A stretch of 64,000 nucleotides of DNA from Ignavibacteria bacterium (lineage in GTDB: Bacteria; Bacteroidota; Ignavibacteria; UBA10030): assembly GCA_016873805.1 (NCBI GenBank), contig VGVZ01000010.1, positions 17,629 to 81,628 of the forward strand. The letters are read 5' to 3'. The number at the start of each line of letters is the position of its first letter. Within the stretch, counting starts at the first letter, position 1. A model generated the notes under the pieces. That model did not search any database. It saw only the letters and a list, made by a program, of their open reading frames with translations, and had not been told where the DNA came from. The position numbers were made by a program, and so were the translations under genes. Below, one piece after another: positions 36,762 through 46,931 of this stretch.

Positions 36762-37423
36762 TGATGCTGACGACCCAACTGGAAGTCCCGTACGAAATCG
36801 CTCAGTCGCTTCTCCGATCACTCCGGGCAACTCTCACCATTGCCGACGAAGAACATGAGACCATTGAACGGGAATTGCAGGTCATGGCCTATATCAACGC
36901 CGTGCGGGAGACCTGGAAAGGTGGAAAACCATCAGCCGAGGAGCTCGCTGTTCTGTCGAGTCTTCAGCGGCTCTACGATGTTCCTGACGACGAGCATATG
37001 GTTATCGTCGATCGCGTGAAAGGGGAACTTGGATTTCCCGAAGAATCGGCGCCGATCTTTGTCATTGACGACGACCAACACATTCTTGCCTTCATCAAAC
37101 ATGTGTTGAAGAAGACGTACCAGACGTTGCAGACCTCTTCATCCATCGAAGAGGCCCTGCCGTCCCTCCAGAAAGCACCGCCCGCACTGATTCTCTGTGA
37201 TGTGAATCTTGGCTCGGGGAATATGGGAGGGTTTACCTTCTACGAAAAGATACTCAGCGGTGAATATGGAGATGCGCTGAAGAAGGTTCCATTCGTCCTC
37301 ATGAGCGCGCTGACGGAGGATTTTTTCGTCAAGTCTGCAAAAGAACTTGGGATCAAAAGCTACCTACCCAAGCCGTTCACCCGCGAGACACTCGAATCCA
37401 CCGTAAAGTCCGTCCTCGCGTAG
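36701..37423 (+). CDS. Protein with a helical N-terminal region and a C-terminal response-regulator receiver domain
   Basis: 240 aa from ATG 36701. REC motifs IFVIDDD...LILCDVNLG...SYLPKPF. This frame is open upstream to 36587. Confidence 0.75.
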   Translation: MLEQEREKTHRNSTEAYRSLMMLTTQLEVPYEIAQSLLRSLRATLTIADEEHETIERELQVMAYINAVRETWKGGKPSAEELAVLSSLQRLYDVPDDEHMVIVDRVKGELGFPEESAPIFVIDDDQHILAFIKHVLKKTYQTLQTSSSIEEALPSLQKAPPALILCDVNLGSGNMGGFTFYEKILSGEYGDALKKVPFVLMSALTEDFFVKSAKELGIKSYLPKPFTRETLESTVKSVLA

Positions 37424-37455
37424 GGATTTCGATCGCCGGTCAGGTCTCTCAAGCA

Positions 37456-37989
37456 TCACGGGACGATGTCGCGTCGTTCCGTTTCCCTCCTGACGTTGTC
37501 CATCCCGCCTTCCCTTCCATCCTGCTTTGCCTTTGTACCCCGAAATGCGAGGTTGTCAAGCAGTTCCGCAATTGCCTCGACGGCATCACGACACGCTGCT
37601 TTCACTTCGTCCGTAATTGTCTCTCCCCATGAGAGAGAACGAACCGGGATACGAACGACATAGCAGTCGCTGGGAATCCGACCATAGAGATCGAGGCAGC
37701 TATGCAGTAAATCTTGAGGGGTAGTATGGTGCGTACTTCGATGACTTGAAGAAGAATCGGACGGTTCAATCCGACTGACGGCAAGATCCGATACAGCGAC
37801 AGACGCGTCCGCAAAGACCACGCACGGTGCCCGAACTACGGCTTCGGCCAGTTCCGGACCGAGCTGATGGACGGAGAGACAGTGCGCCCTCCCCGGATAG
37901 CATCGCGAGAATTCGTTCACCAGCCAGACGCCTGCGCCGTCATCACGACGGAGCGTGTTTCCGTATCCGATCAGGAGAGGAAGATTCAT
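37456..37989 (-). CDS. hoxW: Hydrogenase maturation endopeptidase (HoxW-type)
   Basis: 177 aa. LLIGYGNTLRRDDGAG motif. ATGA overlap with the hoxH stop. Confidence 0.8.
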   Translation of the reverse strand: MNLPLLIGYGNTLRRDDGAGVWLVNEFSRCYPGRAHCLSVHQLGPELAEAVVRAPCVVFADASVAVSDLAVSRIEPSDSSSSHRSTHHTTPQDLLHSCLDLYGRIPSDCYVVRIPVRSLSWGETITDEVKAACRDAVEAIAELLDNLAFRGTKAKQDGREGGMDNVRRETERRDIVP

Positions 37990-39413
37990 CGCTTCACTTC
38001 ATCAAGGATTATTCCCTCTTCGCTTACGAGCTGGACGTGTAGAGGCATCGCCCCGAGAGCGTGTGTCGAGCAGGAAAGACACGGATCGAAGCAACGGATT
38101 CCTGCCTCGATGCGATTCAAGATTCCCTCGGTGAGTTTGGCATCATCGATGAATTGGGTGGCGATTTGCGTTACCGTTCTGTTCATCGCGCTGTTGTTCT
38201 GGGCCGTTGCAATGAGCAGATTGACTTTCTGCAGCACTCCGTTTTCGTCCACGGTATAGTGATGGAACAGGATCCCTCGGGGCGCTTCCGCCGCACCGAC
38301 TCCCTCGCTGCGATTGATCAAGGCCTTCGATCGAGTGGTCCGGCCGAGCGTCACCGGGTCGTTCAACAGACGCTCCATTTCCTCGACGGCAAAGAGCAAC
38401 TCGATGAGTCGCGCATAGTGATAGTAAAAGGAGTTGTTCTGCGCCCCGGCCTCGCCCGTCATCTCCTTGAACTGCACTCGTTCCGCCTCGGCCAGCGGCG
38501 TCGAAATCTGATCACAGATGTTCACCCGCGCAAGCGGCCCCACCCGATACGCACCACGCTGGAATCCGAGCTTCTTGTAGTACGGAAATTTCAGAAACGA
38601 CCACGATTCCGCCCTCTCGGCAAAGTAGTCGAAGTAACGACGCGCATCGAGCTTGTCGGCTATAACGTTGCCGAGTCCGTCCATCACTCTCAGCGAGCCG
38701 TGATAGTACTCGAGATCGCCCTTGTCGGAGACAAGCCCGACGAAGAGTGATCGAAAGCTTCCGAACGAAACGATGTCCTGTTGATATTTGTCGAGTACCT
38801 CTTTGAACAGCGTCAATGCAATTCGAGTGGTCTCCTTCGCTTCCGGTATCCATCCGAGCATGGAATCGCGATTTCCCGTGTCGAGGGGTTCCCGCACGCC
38901 CCCCGCGACTGCCCACGGCGTGTGGATCCTCCGGCCTCCGAGGATCTCGATCACCTCCTGACCGAACTTGCGCAACCGGATTCCCCGCCGCACGAGGTCG
39001 CGATGATCTTCCATGAGTCCGAACACATTCCGCTTGGCTGGATCCGAATCGAAGCCGAGAAGAAAATCCGGAGATGAGAGATGAAAGAAGCTGAGGGCAT
39101 GAGACTGGATCCATTGGGCCAGCGTGAGGATTCTGCGGAGGTTCTCGGCTGTCTCCGGGATCGCGATTGCGAGAATCTCGTCCCCCGCCTTCGCCGATGC
39201 GATCAGGTGGCTGGCCGGACAGATCCCGCAGATCCGCGAGGTGATGCCAGGCATCTCCCACATCAATCGCCCTTCACAGAACTTTTCAAATCCGCGAAAT
39301 TCGTTCACGTGAAACCTGGCCGTCTTGACAGAGTTCTTGCTGTCAAGATGAATCGTGATTTTGGCGTGTCCTTCGATGCGGGATACCGGCTCGATCGTAA
39401 TCGTATTCGACAT
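37986..39413 (-). CDS. hoxH: [NiFe] hydrogenase large subunit, bidirectional NAD(P)-linked (group 3d) HoxH
   Basis: 475 aa. RIEGHAKITI, RICGICPASH, and C-terminal DPCLSCSTH followed by a cleavable extension. Confidence 0.93.
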   Translation of the reverse strand: MSNTITIEPVSRIEGHAKITIHLDSKNSVKTARFHVNEFRGFEKFCEGRLMWEMPGITSRICGICPASHLIASAKAGDEILAIAIPETAENLRRILTLAQWIQSHALSFFHLSSPDFLLGFDSDPAKRNVFGLMEDHRDLVRRGIRLRKFGQEVIEILGGRRIHTPWAVAGGVREPLDTGNRDSMLGWIPEAKETTRIALTLFKEVLDKYQQDIVSFGSFRSLFVGLVSDKGDLEYYHGSLRVMDGLGNVIADKLDARRYFDYFAERAESWSFLKFPYYKKLGFQRGAYRVGPLARVNICDQISTPLAEAERVQFKEMTGEAGAQNNSFYYHYARLIELLFAVEEMERLLNDPVTLGRTTRSKALINRSEGVGAAEAPRGILFHHYTVDENGVLQKVNLLIATAQNNSAMNRTVTQIATQFIDDAKLTEGILNRIEAGIRCFDPCLSCSTHALGAMPLHVQLVSEEGIILDEVKR

Positions 39414-39427
39414 ATCAATCCTTCAGC

Positions 39428-39979
39428 TCATCCGTAACGGAGATAGATCGTGGAAAAGACCGGCACGCGTCCTTCCAGCAATTCATTGACCGCAAACCAG
39501 ATCTGGTCTGCCGTAGGGGGACATCCGTGGAGGAATGCGTCAACGTTCACATACTCATGCAGCGGCCTGGCTTGCGGAAGAAGTTGTGCGACGGTGTTGA
39601 ACTGGATTGGCAACGACGGTGTCTTGTCGGCCAGTTCGACGTATGAACGGTGAATGATCTCGACGTTTGAATGCTTGTTTCTCAGCGCAGTCACGTTCCC
39701 CGTAACAGCGCAGTCACCCAGGGAAACAACATATCGCGAGTTTCGCCGAACGATATGCGCCATGTGCTCATTCTCTTCATTCGACACCGCTCCTTCGACG
39801 AACGTGACGTCGACATCGCGCGGGAATTCCTTTACATCCGCCAACGGGGAGTACACAAGTCGGATACGGTCTGCGAGCTCAAGGAGTCGTTCATCCATAT
39901 CGAGAAACGACATGTGACATCCGGAACAACCGCCGAGCCAGACGGTCGCCACGCGCGGTTTTGAATCTACCTTCTGCAT
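39428..39979 (-). CDS. hoxY: [NiFe] hydrogenase small subunit HoxY
   Basis: 183 aa. VATVWLGGCSGCHMSFLD...GDCA. Confidence 0.9.
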   Translation of the reverse strand: MQKVDSKPRVATVWLGGCSGCHMSFLDMDERLLELADRIRLVYSPLADVKEFPRDVDVTFVEGAVSNEENEHMAHIVRRNSRYVVSLGDCAVTGNVTALRNKHSNVEIIHRSYVELADKTPSLPIQFNTVAQLLPQARPLHEYVNVDAFLHGCPPTADQIWFAVNELLEGRVPVFSTIYLRYG

Positions 39980-39980
39980 A

Positions 39981-40715
39981 TCAATGTTCCTTCAGATATT
40001 CACCAACCCACTCCTGTTTCTGCCGGGCCGTGACGATGTACTTCAAGAAATCCGTTTCCTTTTCCATCTCGGCGACATTGGCCCCCTTCTTGATGAGGGC
40101 GCCAGTCGGACATACCATGACGCACTTTCCGCAGGAGGTACATGCGTCCGAATCTCCCCACATCTGGTTCATATCGGCGACAATCTCACAGGAGATTCCC
40201 CTGCCGGCCACATCCCACACATGCGCCCCTTCCACCTCACTGCACACGCGCACACAACGCGTGCACAGAACGCAGCGATCGCGATCAATGATATAGCTCT
40301 CCTGTGTCGCATCAAGTGTCTTTTTTGGATAGAGATAAGGAAACCGGACGTAGACCAATCCAACGGCGTATGCGAGATTCTGCAGCTCGCAATGGTTGTT
40401 CACCACACACACGGCACACTGGTGGTTTCCCTCTGAGGCGAGGAGTTCGATGATCATCTTCCGGTACTTCTTCAAACGGTCTGTGTTGGTGCGGACAACC
40501 ATCCCCTCCTGAGGTCTGGTCGTGCACGCCGGCATGAGTTTCGGCGATCCCTCGATTTCCACGAGGCAGAGACGGCATGCTCCGACATCAATCAGACCGT
40601 CAAGATGACACAAGGTCGGGATGTCGATGTCATTCTGATGCGCGATGTCGAGCAACGTCTCGTCAGGTTTCGCACTGACAGGATGTTCATCGATTGTAAG
40701 AGTGAGGACGGACAT
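39981..40715 (-). CDS. hoxU: Diaphorase Fe-S subunit HoxU (NuoG N-terminal-like; 2Fe-2S plus 4Fe-4S)
   Basis: 244 aa. CRLCLVEI...CTT, HQCAVCVVNNHCELQ, CVLCTRCVRVC, CTSCGKCVMVCP. AAGGAG RBS. Confidence 0.88.
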   Translation of the reverse strand: MSVLTLTIDEHPVSAKPDETLLDIAHQNDIDIPTLCHLDGLIDVGACRLCLVEIEGSPKLMPACTTRPQEGMVVRTNTDRLKKYRKMIIELLASEGNHQCAVCVVNNHCELQNLAYAVGLVYVRFPYLYPKKTLDATQESYIIDRDRCVLCTRCVRVCSEVEGAHVWDVAGRGISCEIVADMNQMWGDSDACTSCGKCVMVCPTGALIKKGANVAEMEKETDFLKYIVTARQKQEWVGEYLKEH

Positions 40716-40724
40716 ACCATCTCC

Positions 40725-42380
40725 TTAGGATGCGTGAGGAGTCGCTGCTTCATTCGAGGTTGAAGGAATAAACCGTTCCGTCTCCTTGAGCACGCTCGTA
40801 TATTCTTCGCGAAAGAAGCGGAGTGTGGAGAGAACAGGATTGGGAGCCGACTGTCCCAGGCCGCAGAGGCTTGTTTCCTTCACCATGACGCACAATTCCT
40901 CGAGCAATGCGAGATCCTCTTGTGTGGCCTTTCCGCAGGAAATCTTTTCCAGCAATCCGTGGATGTGTGTCGTGCCGACGCGGCATGGAATACACTTGCC
41001 GCACGATTCGTCGACGCTAAACTCCATAAAGAATTTGGCAACATCGACCATTCTCGATTCTGAATCCATCACGATCAAGCCGCCGCTTCCCATAATCGAG
41101 TTGACGGTCGCCAACGATTCATAATCGACCGGGAGATCGAGATGTTCCTCCGGAATACACCCTCCGGAGGGCCCGCCCGTCTGCGCGGCTTTGAATGTTG
41201 TCCCTTCCGGCGTTCCGCCACCAATCCGGAAAATGATGTCGCGAAGGGGAATCCCCATCGGTACTTCAATGAGTCCGGTGTTCTTGATCTTTCCCGCGAG
41301 GGCAAACACTTTCGTTCCCGTACTCTTGGGCGTGCCGATCGAGGCAAACCAGGAGCTCCCCCGCAGTATGATCGGCGGGACATTCGCGAACGTTTCAACG
41401 TTGTTGATCAATGTCGGCATTCCCCACAAGCCGCTTTCCGATGGAAACGGAGGACGCGGGCGCGGTGTGCCGCGCTGACCCTGGATGGACTTCAAGAGAG
41501 CAGTCTCTTCGCCACAGACGAACGCGCCGGCGCCGATGCGGAGGTCGACGCGGAAATTGAACTTCGATTCAAAGATGCGGTTGCCAAGCAGTCCAAATCG
41601 CTCCGCTTGCTTGATCGCCATTCTCAGACGCTCGATGGCAAGCGGGTATTCGGCGCGGACATAGATATATCCCTGGCTCGATCCGACCGCGTAGGCCGCA
41701 ATGGCCATTCCTTCGAGAATCTTGTGCGGATCTCCCTCCAGCACGCTGCGATCCATGAACGCGCCGGGATCTCCTTCGTCCGCGTTGCACACGACAAATT
41801 TCTGATCCCCGACCGCCTTCTGAACGATTCCCCACTTCAATCCCGTCGGATACCCTGCACCGCCTCGACCGCGCAGGCCACTTTTCGTGATCTCGCTCAC
41901 TACCTGTTGCGGTTGATATTCGGTCAGCACTCTCGCGAGTGCTTCATAACCGCCAACCGCAATGTACTCTTCGATGCGCTCGGCGCTGATGCGCCCGCAA
42001 TGCTCAAGCACGATCTTCTGCTGAGAGGCAAAAAAGGGATCGTCGGGAGGAATCACGTGCGATGTGATTGCGTTGCCGTTCAGGAGATGCTCTTGCACGA
42101 TCCTCGATCCCAGCAACGGATCGACCTGCTTGTACAGCGTTCCTTCCGGCTCGACTATCACGAGCGGACCATCTCCGCAAAGGCCCATACATCCCGTACC
42201 GATGACTTCCGTCGATTTGTCGAGTCCCTGTTCCTTGAGTCCCCTGGCAATCGCGTCCTTGGTCTCCTTGCTGCCGCACGAAATGCATCCGGCGGCCTGA
42301 CAGGTCAGGATTCGGCTCTTACAGTTCTGCTTTCGCAGCTGTTCTCGCTGGGCAACAGCACGCAGTTCTTCGACCGTCAT
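40725..42380 (-). CDS. hoxF: Diaphorase NAD(P)H/FMN-binding subunit HoxF (NuoF-like)
   Basis: Trimmed to ATG 42380, which overlaps the hoxE stop as [41 protein letters not shown]. Confidence 0.9.
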   Translation of the reverse strand: MTVEELRAVAQREQLRKQNCKSRILTCQAAGCISCGSKETKDAIARGLKEQGLDKSTEVIGTGCMGLCGDGPLVIVEPEGTLYKQVDPLLGSRIVQEHLLNGNAITSHVIPPDDPFFASQQKIVLEHCGRISAERIEEYIAVGGYEALARVLTEYQPQQVVSEITKSGLRGRGGAGYPTGLKWGIVQKAVGDQKFVVCNADEGDPGAFMDRSVLEGDPHKILEGMAIAAYAVGSSQGYIYVRAEYPLAIERLRMAIKQAERFGLLGNRIFESKFNFRVDLRIGAGAFVCGEETALLKSIQGQRGTPRPRPPFPSESGLWGMPTLINNVETFANVPPIILRGSSWFASIGTPKSTGTKVFALAGKIKNTGLIEVPMGIPLRDIIFRIGGGTPEGTTFKAAQTGGPSGGCIPEEHLDLPVDYESLATVNSIMGSGGLIVMDSESRMVDVAKFFMEFSVDESCGKCIPCRVGTTHIHGLLEKISCGKATQEDLALLEELCVMVKETSLCGLGQSAPNPVLSTLRFFREEYTSVLKETERFIPSTSNEAATPHAS

Positions 42381-42898
42381 TGCGCGATCTCCTCGGGTTG
42401 ATGTTTCCATTGATCGACACGAACCTGCGCATCGGTCACGGTCAGTTTTCCGACAACCGCGTCGTCGACCACGGCCACCGGGGCAAGGCCACATGATCCG
42501 ACGCAGCGTGCAGAGATGAGAGAGATGTTTTGATCCGGGGTGGTCTCTCCGAACTTCACGCCGCAGAGCTTTTCCACAGCGTGTTGAATTTCTCCGGCTC
42601 CCTTGACGTAGCAGGCCGTGCCGGTACAGAGAACGAACGTATGCTTTCCTTTCGGCTTGAGACGGAAGAGATGGTAGAACGTGGCCACCCCCCACACGCT
42701 GCTCATCGGAAGACGGAGCGCCCTGGCGACATAGACGAGGAGGTCCTCTTCAAGATAACCGAATATCTCCTGAGCGGCGTGGAGAACCTCAATCAGTGCA
42801 GACCCGCTCGACTGATGCTTCGTGATTGAACGGTCGAGCAATTTGAACCGATTATCCCCGCTCGGATGCTCCTTCGTGCGATTGCCGCCGGATTTCAT
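42377..42898 (-). CDS. hoxE: Diaphorase 2Fe-2S subunit HoxE (NuoE-like)
   Basis: Trimmed to ATG 42898 (173 aa). [15 protein letters not shown]...VATFYHLF...[10 protein letters not shown]...[10 protein letters not shown]. Confidence 0.85.
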   Translation of the reverse strand: MKSGGNRTKEHPSGDNRFKLLDRSITKHQSSGSALIEVLHAAQEIFGYLEEDLLVYVARALRLPMSSVWGVATFYHLFRLKPKGKHTFVLCTGTACYVKGAGEIQHAVEKLCGVKFGETTPDQNISLISARCVGSCGLAPVAVVDDAVVGKLTVTDAQVRVDQWKHQPEEIAQ

Positions 42899-43080
42899 GA
42901 GACGAGTGCTTTCCGATTGGTGTTCTGCTGAATCTGATCTCGTTGGTTCCCGCGCAATCCTCGAGACCATGATACTCGCTGCCGCAACAACTCCCGTGTA
43001 AGATAAGCAACGCCAGGCAGAAAATCCCCCGGGTCGCCGCACGCCAGTCACGCACCGGAGGGATGCGGGAGGTGCTTTTC

Positions 43081-43569
43081 CTATCGAACGATCGCTGCGA
43101 TTTCCGATTCGATTCGCCGACAAACCTCATGAACTGCGGCAGCAACAGATGAGGAGAGAGGTGCGCCCGCCTCGAACCGTTCTCCGGCGATGCCGAAAAG
43201 GATCAGCTGCCGGGGAAGTCGATTGAGGATGCGACCCAATTCAACCACACTCACGACGCCAAATCCATGGCTGGAGGTTGGTTGAACATCTGGCGGAAGT
43301 GTTTCGGTGAGGAGATCGATCCGGTAGATGGTTCCGGATTCTGCATCTGTACGGACTGCGTCCACGACTATTGCGCACGTGACATCTTTCCAGACATCGA
43401 GAAGCGTCGCGGGATTCCCCCGCACATCGAATACCGTCACATCGGCGGACACGGATCTGCGGATTCGTTCTGCGACCGCTCTTCCGACTGCGTCATCGCC
43501 GCACGCCTCGTGACCGATTCCGATGATCGCAATCTTTGGAGGAAGATCTGCGCGATGGCCGTCATTCAC
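43081..43569 (-). CDS. Hydrogenase maturation endopeptidase for the group 3b enzyme
   Basis: There is no in-frame ATG. The GTG at 43569 overlaps the hyhL stop (GTGAATGA). [17 protein letters not shown] motif. Confidence 0.75.
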   Translation of the reverse strand: MNDGHRADLPPKIAIIGIGHEACGDDAVGRAVAERIRRSVSADVTVFDVRGNPATLLDVWKDVTCAIVVDAVRTDAESGTIYRIDLLTETLPPDVQPTSSHGFGVVSVVELGRILNRLPRQLILFGIAGERFEAGAPLSSSVAAAVHEVCRRIESEIAAIVR

Positions 43570-44851
43570 GTTCAATATGCAGGCGGATGAAATGGGTTGC
43601 ACAGGAGATACACGGATCGTAGTTCCGTACGGTCTGTTCGCACAGCCACGTAAGTTCTTTTTCGGGCTTCGAGATGAATTTCGCGACCACGTCGTGGAGA
43701 TCTTTCTCGATCGCCTTCTGGTTCTGAGCTGTCGGAGGAACAATCTTCGCATTGAGGATTTCTCCTCGCTCATCAAGGCGGTACCGATGATAGAGAATTC
43801 CGCGGGGCGCTTCGGTACAACCGAATCCGATTCCGGCACGCGGAACGAAATCGACCACGGGCGAGCCCGGTTTCTGGTACCCCTTGATGATCCGAATCGC
43901 TTCTTCACACGCGTAGACCGTCTCCACGGCGCGGACAATGATGCTCTTGTACGGATTGTGACATTGTTCGCCCAGTTTCGCTTCGCGCGCAAGATCCTGT
44001 GCCAGCGGCGTCAGTTGATCGAAGTTCAGGTTGTAGCGCGCCAGCGGGCCCACAAGATATCCCCCTCGACCGTTGATGACCGAATGTAGCGCGTTGGCGT
44101 GTTTGATATGTTCTTCGCTGAAGCGCGTCTCGTATTCCGAGATCGCAATATCAAGTCCCCTGTTCGAGACAAGCCGGCCTTCATTGAACGGGTATTCGCC
44201 GGGATTCCGCAGCGCGACACACTCATAGTCGCATTCGTAGTCCGGGAACGGAAGCCCGGCAGTGAGTCGAACCGTGTCGATCGATGCCTGCAGCGCCCAC
44301 TCCAAGGGCTCCAGAAGCCCGTCAAATTCGGATTTCTCCGGAAGCTTGTAGAAGCCCCCGACCCGCACGTTGATCGGATGGATCTCCCGACCTCCGAGGA
44401 GCGCGACGAGATCATTGCCGATCTTCTTCAGCTTCAGGGCTTTCGTGACGACATCGGGATGATCTTTGCCAAGCTGAATTGCGTCTTCGTATCCCAGAAA
44501 ATCCGGCGCATGAAGCAGATAGATGTGGAGCGCATGACTTTCGATCCACTCGCCGCAGTACAGAAGTCGTCGGAGGTCACGCAATTGGTTGTTGACCTTG
44601 ACGCCGAACGCGTATTCCATCGCGTGCACGGAGCTCATTTGGTACGCCACGGGACAGATTCCACAGATGCGCGCCGTGATGTCGGGAGCTTCCGAGTAGA
44701 GGCGTCCCTTCAGAAATCCTTCGAACAATCTCGGTGGCTCGAAGATCTTGAATTTCACATCGGTCACCGTTCCCTTCTTCACTTTGATATGAAGCGCCCC
44801 TTCCCCCTCGACCCGCGCGAGATAATCAACTTTGACAGTCTTATTTTTCAT
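43562..44851 (-). CDS. hyhL: [NiFe] hydrogenase large subunit, group 3b (sulfhydrogenase alpha-type)
   Basis: Trimmed to ATG 44851. [23 protein letters not shown], and C-terminal DPCISCATH followed by a 9-residue extension. Confidence 0.9.
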   Translation of the reverse strand: MKNKTVKVDYLARVEGEGALHIKVKKGTVTDVKFKIFEPPRLFEGFLKGRLYSEAPDITARICGICPVAYQMSSVHAMEYAFGVKVNNQLRDLRRLLYCGEWIESHALHIYLLHAPDFLGYEDAIQLGKDHPDVVTKALKLKKIGNDLVALLGGREIHPINVRVGGFYKLPEKSEFDGLLEPLEWALQASIDTVRLTAGLPFPDYECDYECVALRNPGEYPFNEGRLVSNRGLDIAISEYETRFSEEHIKHANALHSVINGRGGYLVGPLARYNLNFDQLTPLAQDLAREAKLGEQCHNPYKSIIVRAVETVYACEEAIRIIKGYQKPGSPVVDFVPRAGIGFGCTEAPRGILYHRYRLDERGEILNAKIVPPTAQNQKAIEKDLHDVVAKFISKPEKELTWLCEQTVRNYDPCISCATHFIRLHIERE

Positions 44852-45620
44852 GCGCTTCGCTCTCCTTCCGGAACGGATCCGCATACGCGTTGAAACTCCT
44901 GTACAGTCTGACCAGATCATCACGTTTCATCCCGTTCTTCAGCCACCATTCACTGAGCGATGACGGATTGGGGGTTTCCTTCGGTCCGAAGCATCCGAAA
45001 CAACCACGATGGTACGACGGACAGAGCGCTCCGCACCCCGCCTGCGTGACCGGACCGAGACAGGGGGGACCGTGTGTCACGAGTCCGCACACAAGACCCT
45101 TTTGCTTGCATTCCATACAGACGCTGTACGTCGGGATATTCGGCTTTCGTCCGTTGAGGTACGCGCTGATCACTTCGAGAAGCTGATGCTTGTTAATAGG
45201 GCATCCTCGGAGCTGGAAATCCACAAAGATGTGATCAGCGATCGCCGTCGATTTCGCCAGCGTCTCGATGTACGAGGGTGTCGCATAGACGCCTGCAACG
45301 AATTCATGGACATTCTTGAAATTCCGAAGAGCCTGAATGCCGCCGGCCGTGGCACAGGCCCCGATGGTCACCAGGAACTTTGAGGAACGGCGCACCTGGT
45401 GAATGCGTTCCGCGTCGTGCGGCGTGGTAATCGACCCTTCCACCAGCGAGAGATCGTACGGACCGCGGACGACCGCCCGCGTTGCCTCCGGGAAATACGC
45501 AATCTGGATAGCCTCGACGATGGCAAGCAGTTCGTCTTCGCAATCGAGCAGACTGAGCTGACATCCATCGCACGATGCAAACTTCCATACCGCTACTTTT
45601 GGTTTTCGCTTCTGTGCCAT
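44841..45620 (-). CDS. hyhS: [NiFe] hydrogenase small subunit, group 3b (delta-type)
   Basis: Trimmed to ATG 45620. [26 protein letters not shown], and C-terminal Cys clusters [11 protein letters not shown]...CLGP...CGALCP. Confidence 0.88.
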   Translation of the reverse strand: MAQKRKPKVAVWKFASCDGCQLSLLDCEDELLAIVEAIQIAYFPEATRAVVRGPYDLSLVEGSITTPHDAERIHQVRRSSKFLVTIGACATAGGIQALRNFKNVHEFVAGVYATPSYIETLAKSTAIADHIFVDFQLRGCPINKHQLLEVISAYLNGRKPNIPTYSVCMECKQKGLVCGLVTHGPPCLGPVTQAGCGALCPSYHRGCFGCFGPKETPNPSSLSEWWLKNGMKRDDLVRLYRSFNAYADPFRKESEAHEK

Positions 45621-45621
45621 T

Positions 45622-46464
45622 TCAGATTTCCCATTTGGAAAGTAGGTCTTTGACACCAGGATACGGGAAGACCGGACCATCTTTGCAGACAAACAGAGAG
45701 CCGAACTGGCAGTGCCCGCACAGACCGATGGCGCATTTCATGTTCCGCTCCATCGAGATGTAAATCCGATCATCCGGGACACCGCGCTTGAGCAGTTCCA
45801 TGACCGCGAAGCGCATCATGACTTCCGGACCGCAGATCATCGCCAGGCAATTCTGCTTGTCGAACGGTGCTTTCGAAATCAGATGGGTAACGACCCCCAC
45901 ATCCCCTCGCCACGACTTCAGTGCGCGATCGACCGTGACGTAGATCTCCAGATCAAAGCGTGAGCGCCAGCTTTCCAGTTCGCGACGATACAGAATGTCG
46001 ATCGGAGTTCGTGAGCCATACAGGAGGATGACCCGTCCATATTTGTCGCGATCTGCGACAATCGAATAGAGGGTCGGCCGCAACGGCGCAAGTCCGATGC
46101 CTCCGGCGATGATGACGATATCCCGCCCGACACCGGACGCGATGGGCCAATGAGAACCATACGGACCCCGGACGCCGAGAATATCCCCTTTTCGCAGTCC
46201 CCTCATCGCTTTGGTCACCGTTCCGACAGCACGCGTTGTGTGAACAAGCGTTGGAGACTTGCGCGGATCGCCGCTGATGGAGATAGGAATTTCTCCGACC
46301 CCGAAGAGGTACAGCATGTTGAATTGTCCCGGCACAAATCGGATCGCCGATGCTTCGGACATCGGGTGGAGCTCCAGTGTAAACGTATCGGGTGTTTCCT
46401 GACGCACACGCTGTACCCGATACTGGTGGGGGAGCATCGTTTGTGAAGTGATGGAAACGTGCAT
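45622..46464 (-). CDS. hyhG: Group 3b hydrogenase gamma-type subunit (FAD/NAD(P)-binding, 2Fe-2S; AsrB-like)
   Basis: 280 aa. FNR-like fold pattern FVPGQFNML...ISISG...[12 protein letters not shown]-terminal C-x4-C-x2-C cluster CAIGLCGHC. Confidence 0.85.
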   Translation of the reverse strand: MHVSITSQTMLPHQYRVQRVRQETPDTFTLELHPMSEASAIRFVPGQFNMLYLFGVGEIPISISGDPRKSPTLVHTTRAVGTVTKAMRGLRKGDILGVRGPYGSHWPIASGVGRDIVIIAGGIGLAPLRPTLYSIVADRDKYGRVILLYGSRTPIDILYRRELESWRSRFDLEIYVTVDRALKSWRGDVGVVTHLISKAPFDKQNCLAMICGPEVMMRFAVMELLKRGVPDDRIYISMERNMKCAIGLCGHCQFGSLFVCKDGPVFPYPGVKDLLSKWEI

Positions 46465-46472
46465 TGGGCTTC

Positions 46473-46931
46473 CTATGTATTCTTGTACACGTCAAGCAGC
46501 TGCATGCGCATCGCCTGCAGGCGTTGCTCGAGGATATCGGTGAACCGTTTCAGGAGCTGATATCCGAGGTGATGATCCCCCTCGCATTTGGTGCGCAGGC
46601 ATTTTCCGTCAAGGGCGATCACAAGGGTTTGCTCCATCGCCTGAGCATCGAAGCGCCAGCGATACGGAGGGAAGAGCCACGACCAGCCAATGATCTCACC
46701 CTCACCAAGGGTTTGGATCGTGATGGCTCCCTCTCCCGGCACATAGAGCTCAAGCGCAACCTTTCCGCTGCGGATGATGAAGAACTTCTCCGCCTCTTCC
46801 CCTTCGCGAAACAGGTACTGCTTGGCATTGAACTTCATGTTTGAGGCACATCCGACAAGCAGTTCGAGATGGTCCTTGGGGAGCCCCGCCAGAAACGGGT
46901 GGTCCGCGAGGAGTCGTTCAAGATTTTCCAT
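46473..46931 (-). CDS. Stand-alone cyclic-nucleotide-binding (CNB/cNMP) domain protein embedded in the hydrogenase operon
   Basis: 152 aa from ATG 46931, which shares one base with the hyhB stop (TGATG). CNB beta-roll pattern [23 protein letters not shown]...[24 protein letters not shown]. No HTH or other domain. AGGAAG RBS for hyhG lies 8 nt after its stop. Confidence 0.8.
   Translation of the reverse strand: MENLERLLADHPFLAGLPKDHLELLVGCASNMKFNAKQYLFREGEEAEKFFIIRSGKVALELYVPGEGAITIQTLGEGEIIGWSWLFPPYRWRFDAQAMEQTLVIALDGKCLRTKCEGDHHLGYQLLKRFTDILEQRLQAMRMQLLDVYKNT

Noticed and set aside
41142-42401. 419-aa ORF antisense to hoxF
   Set aside because: Shadow ORF. The HoxF frame has NuoF signature motifs throughout.
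42381-42695. Long N-terminal extensions of the track ORFs for hoxF (to 42695), hoxE (to 43123), hyhL (to 44923), hyhS (to 45692) and the 3b protease (to 43992)
   Set aside because: The extensions overlap the preceding genes and are basic and low-complexity. Internal starts coincide with stop/start overlaps and with family-typical N-termini.
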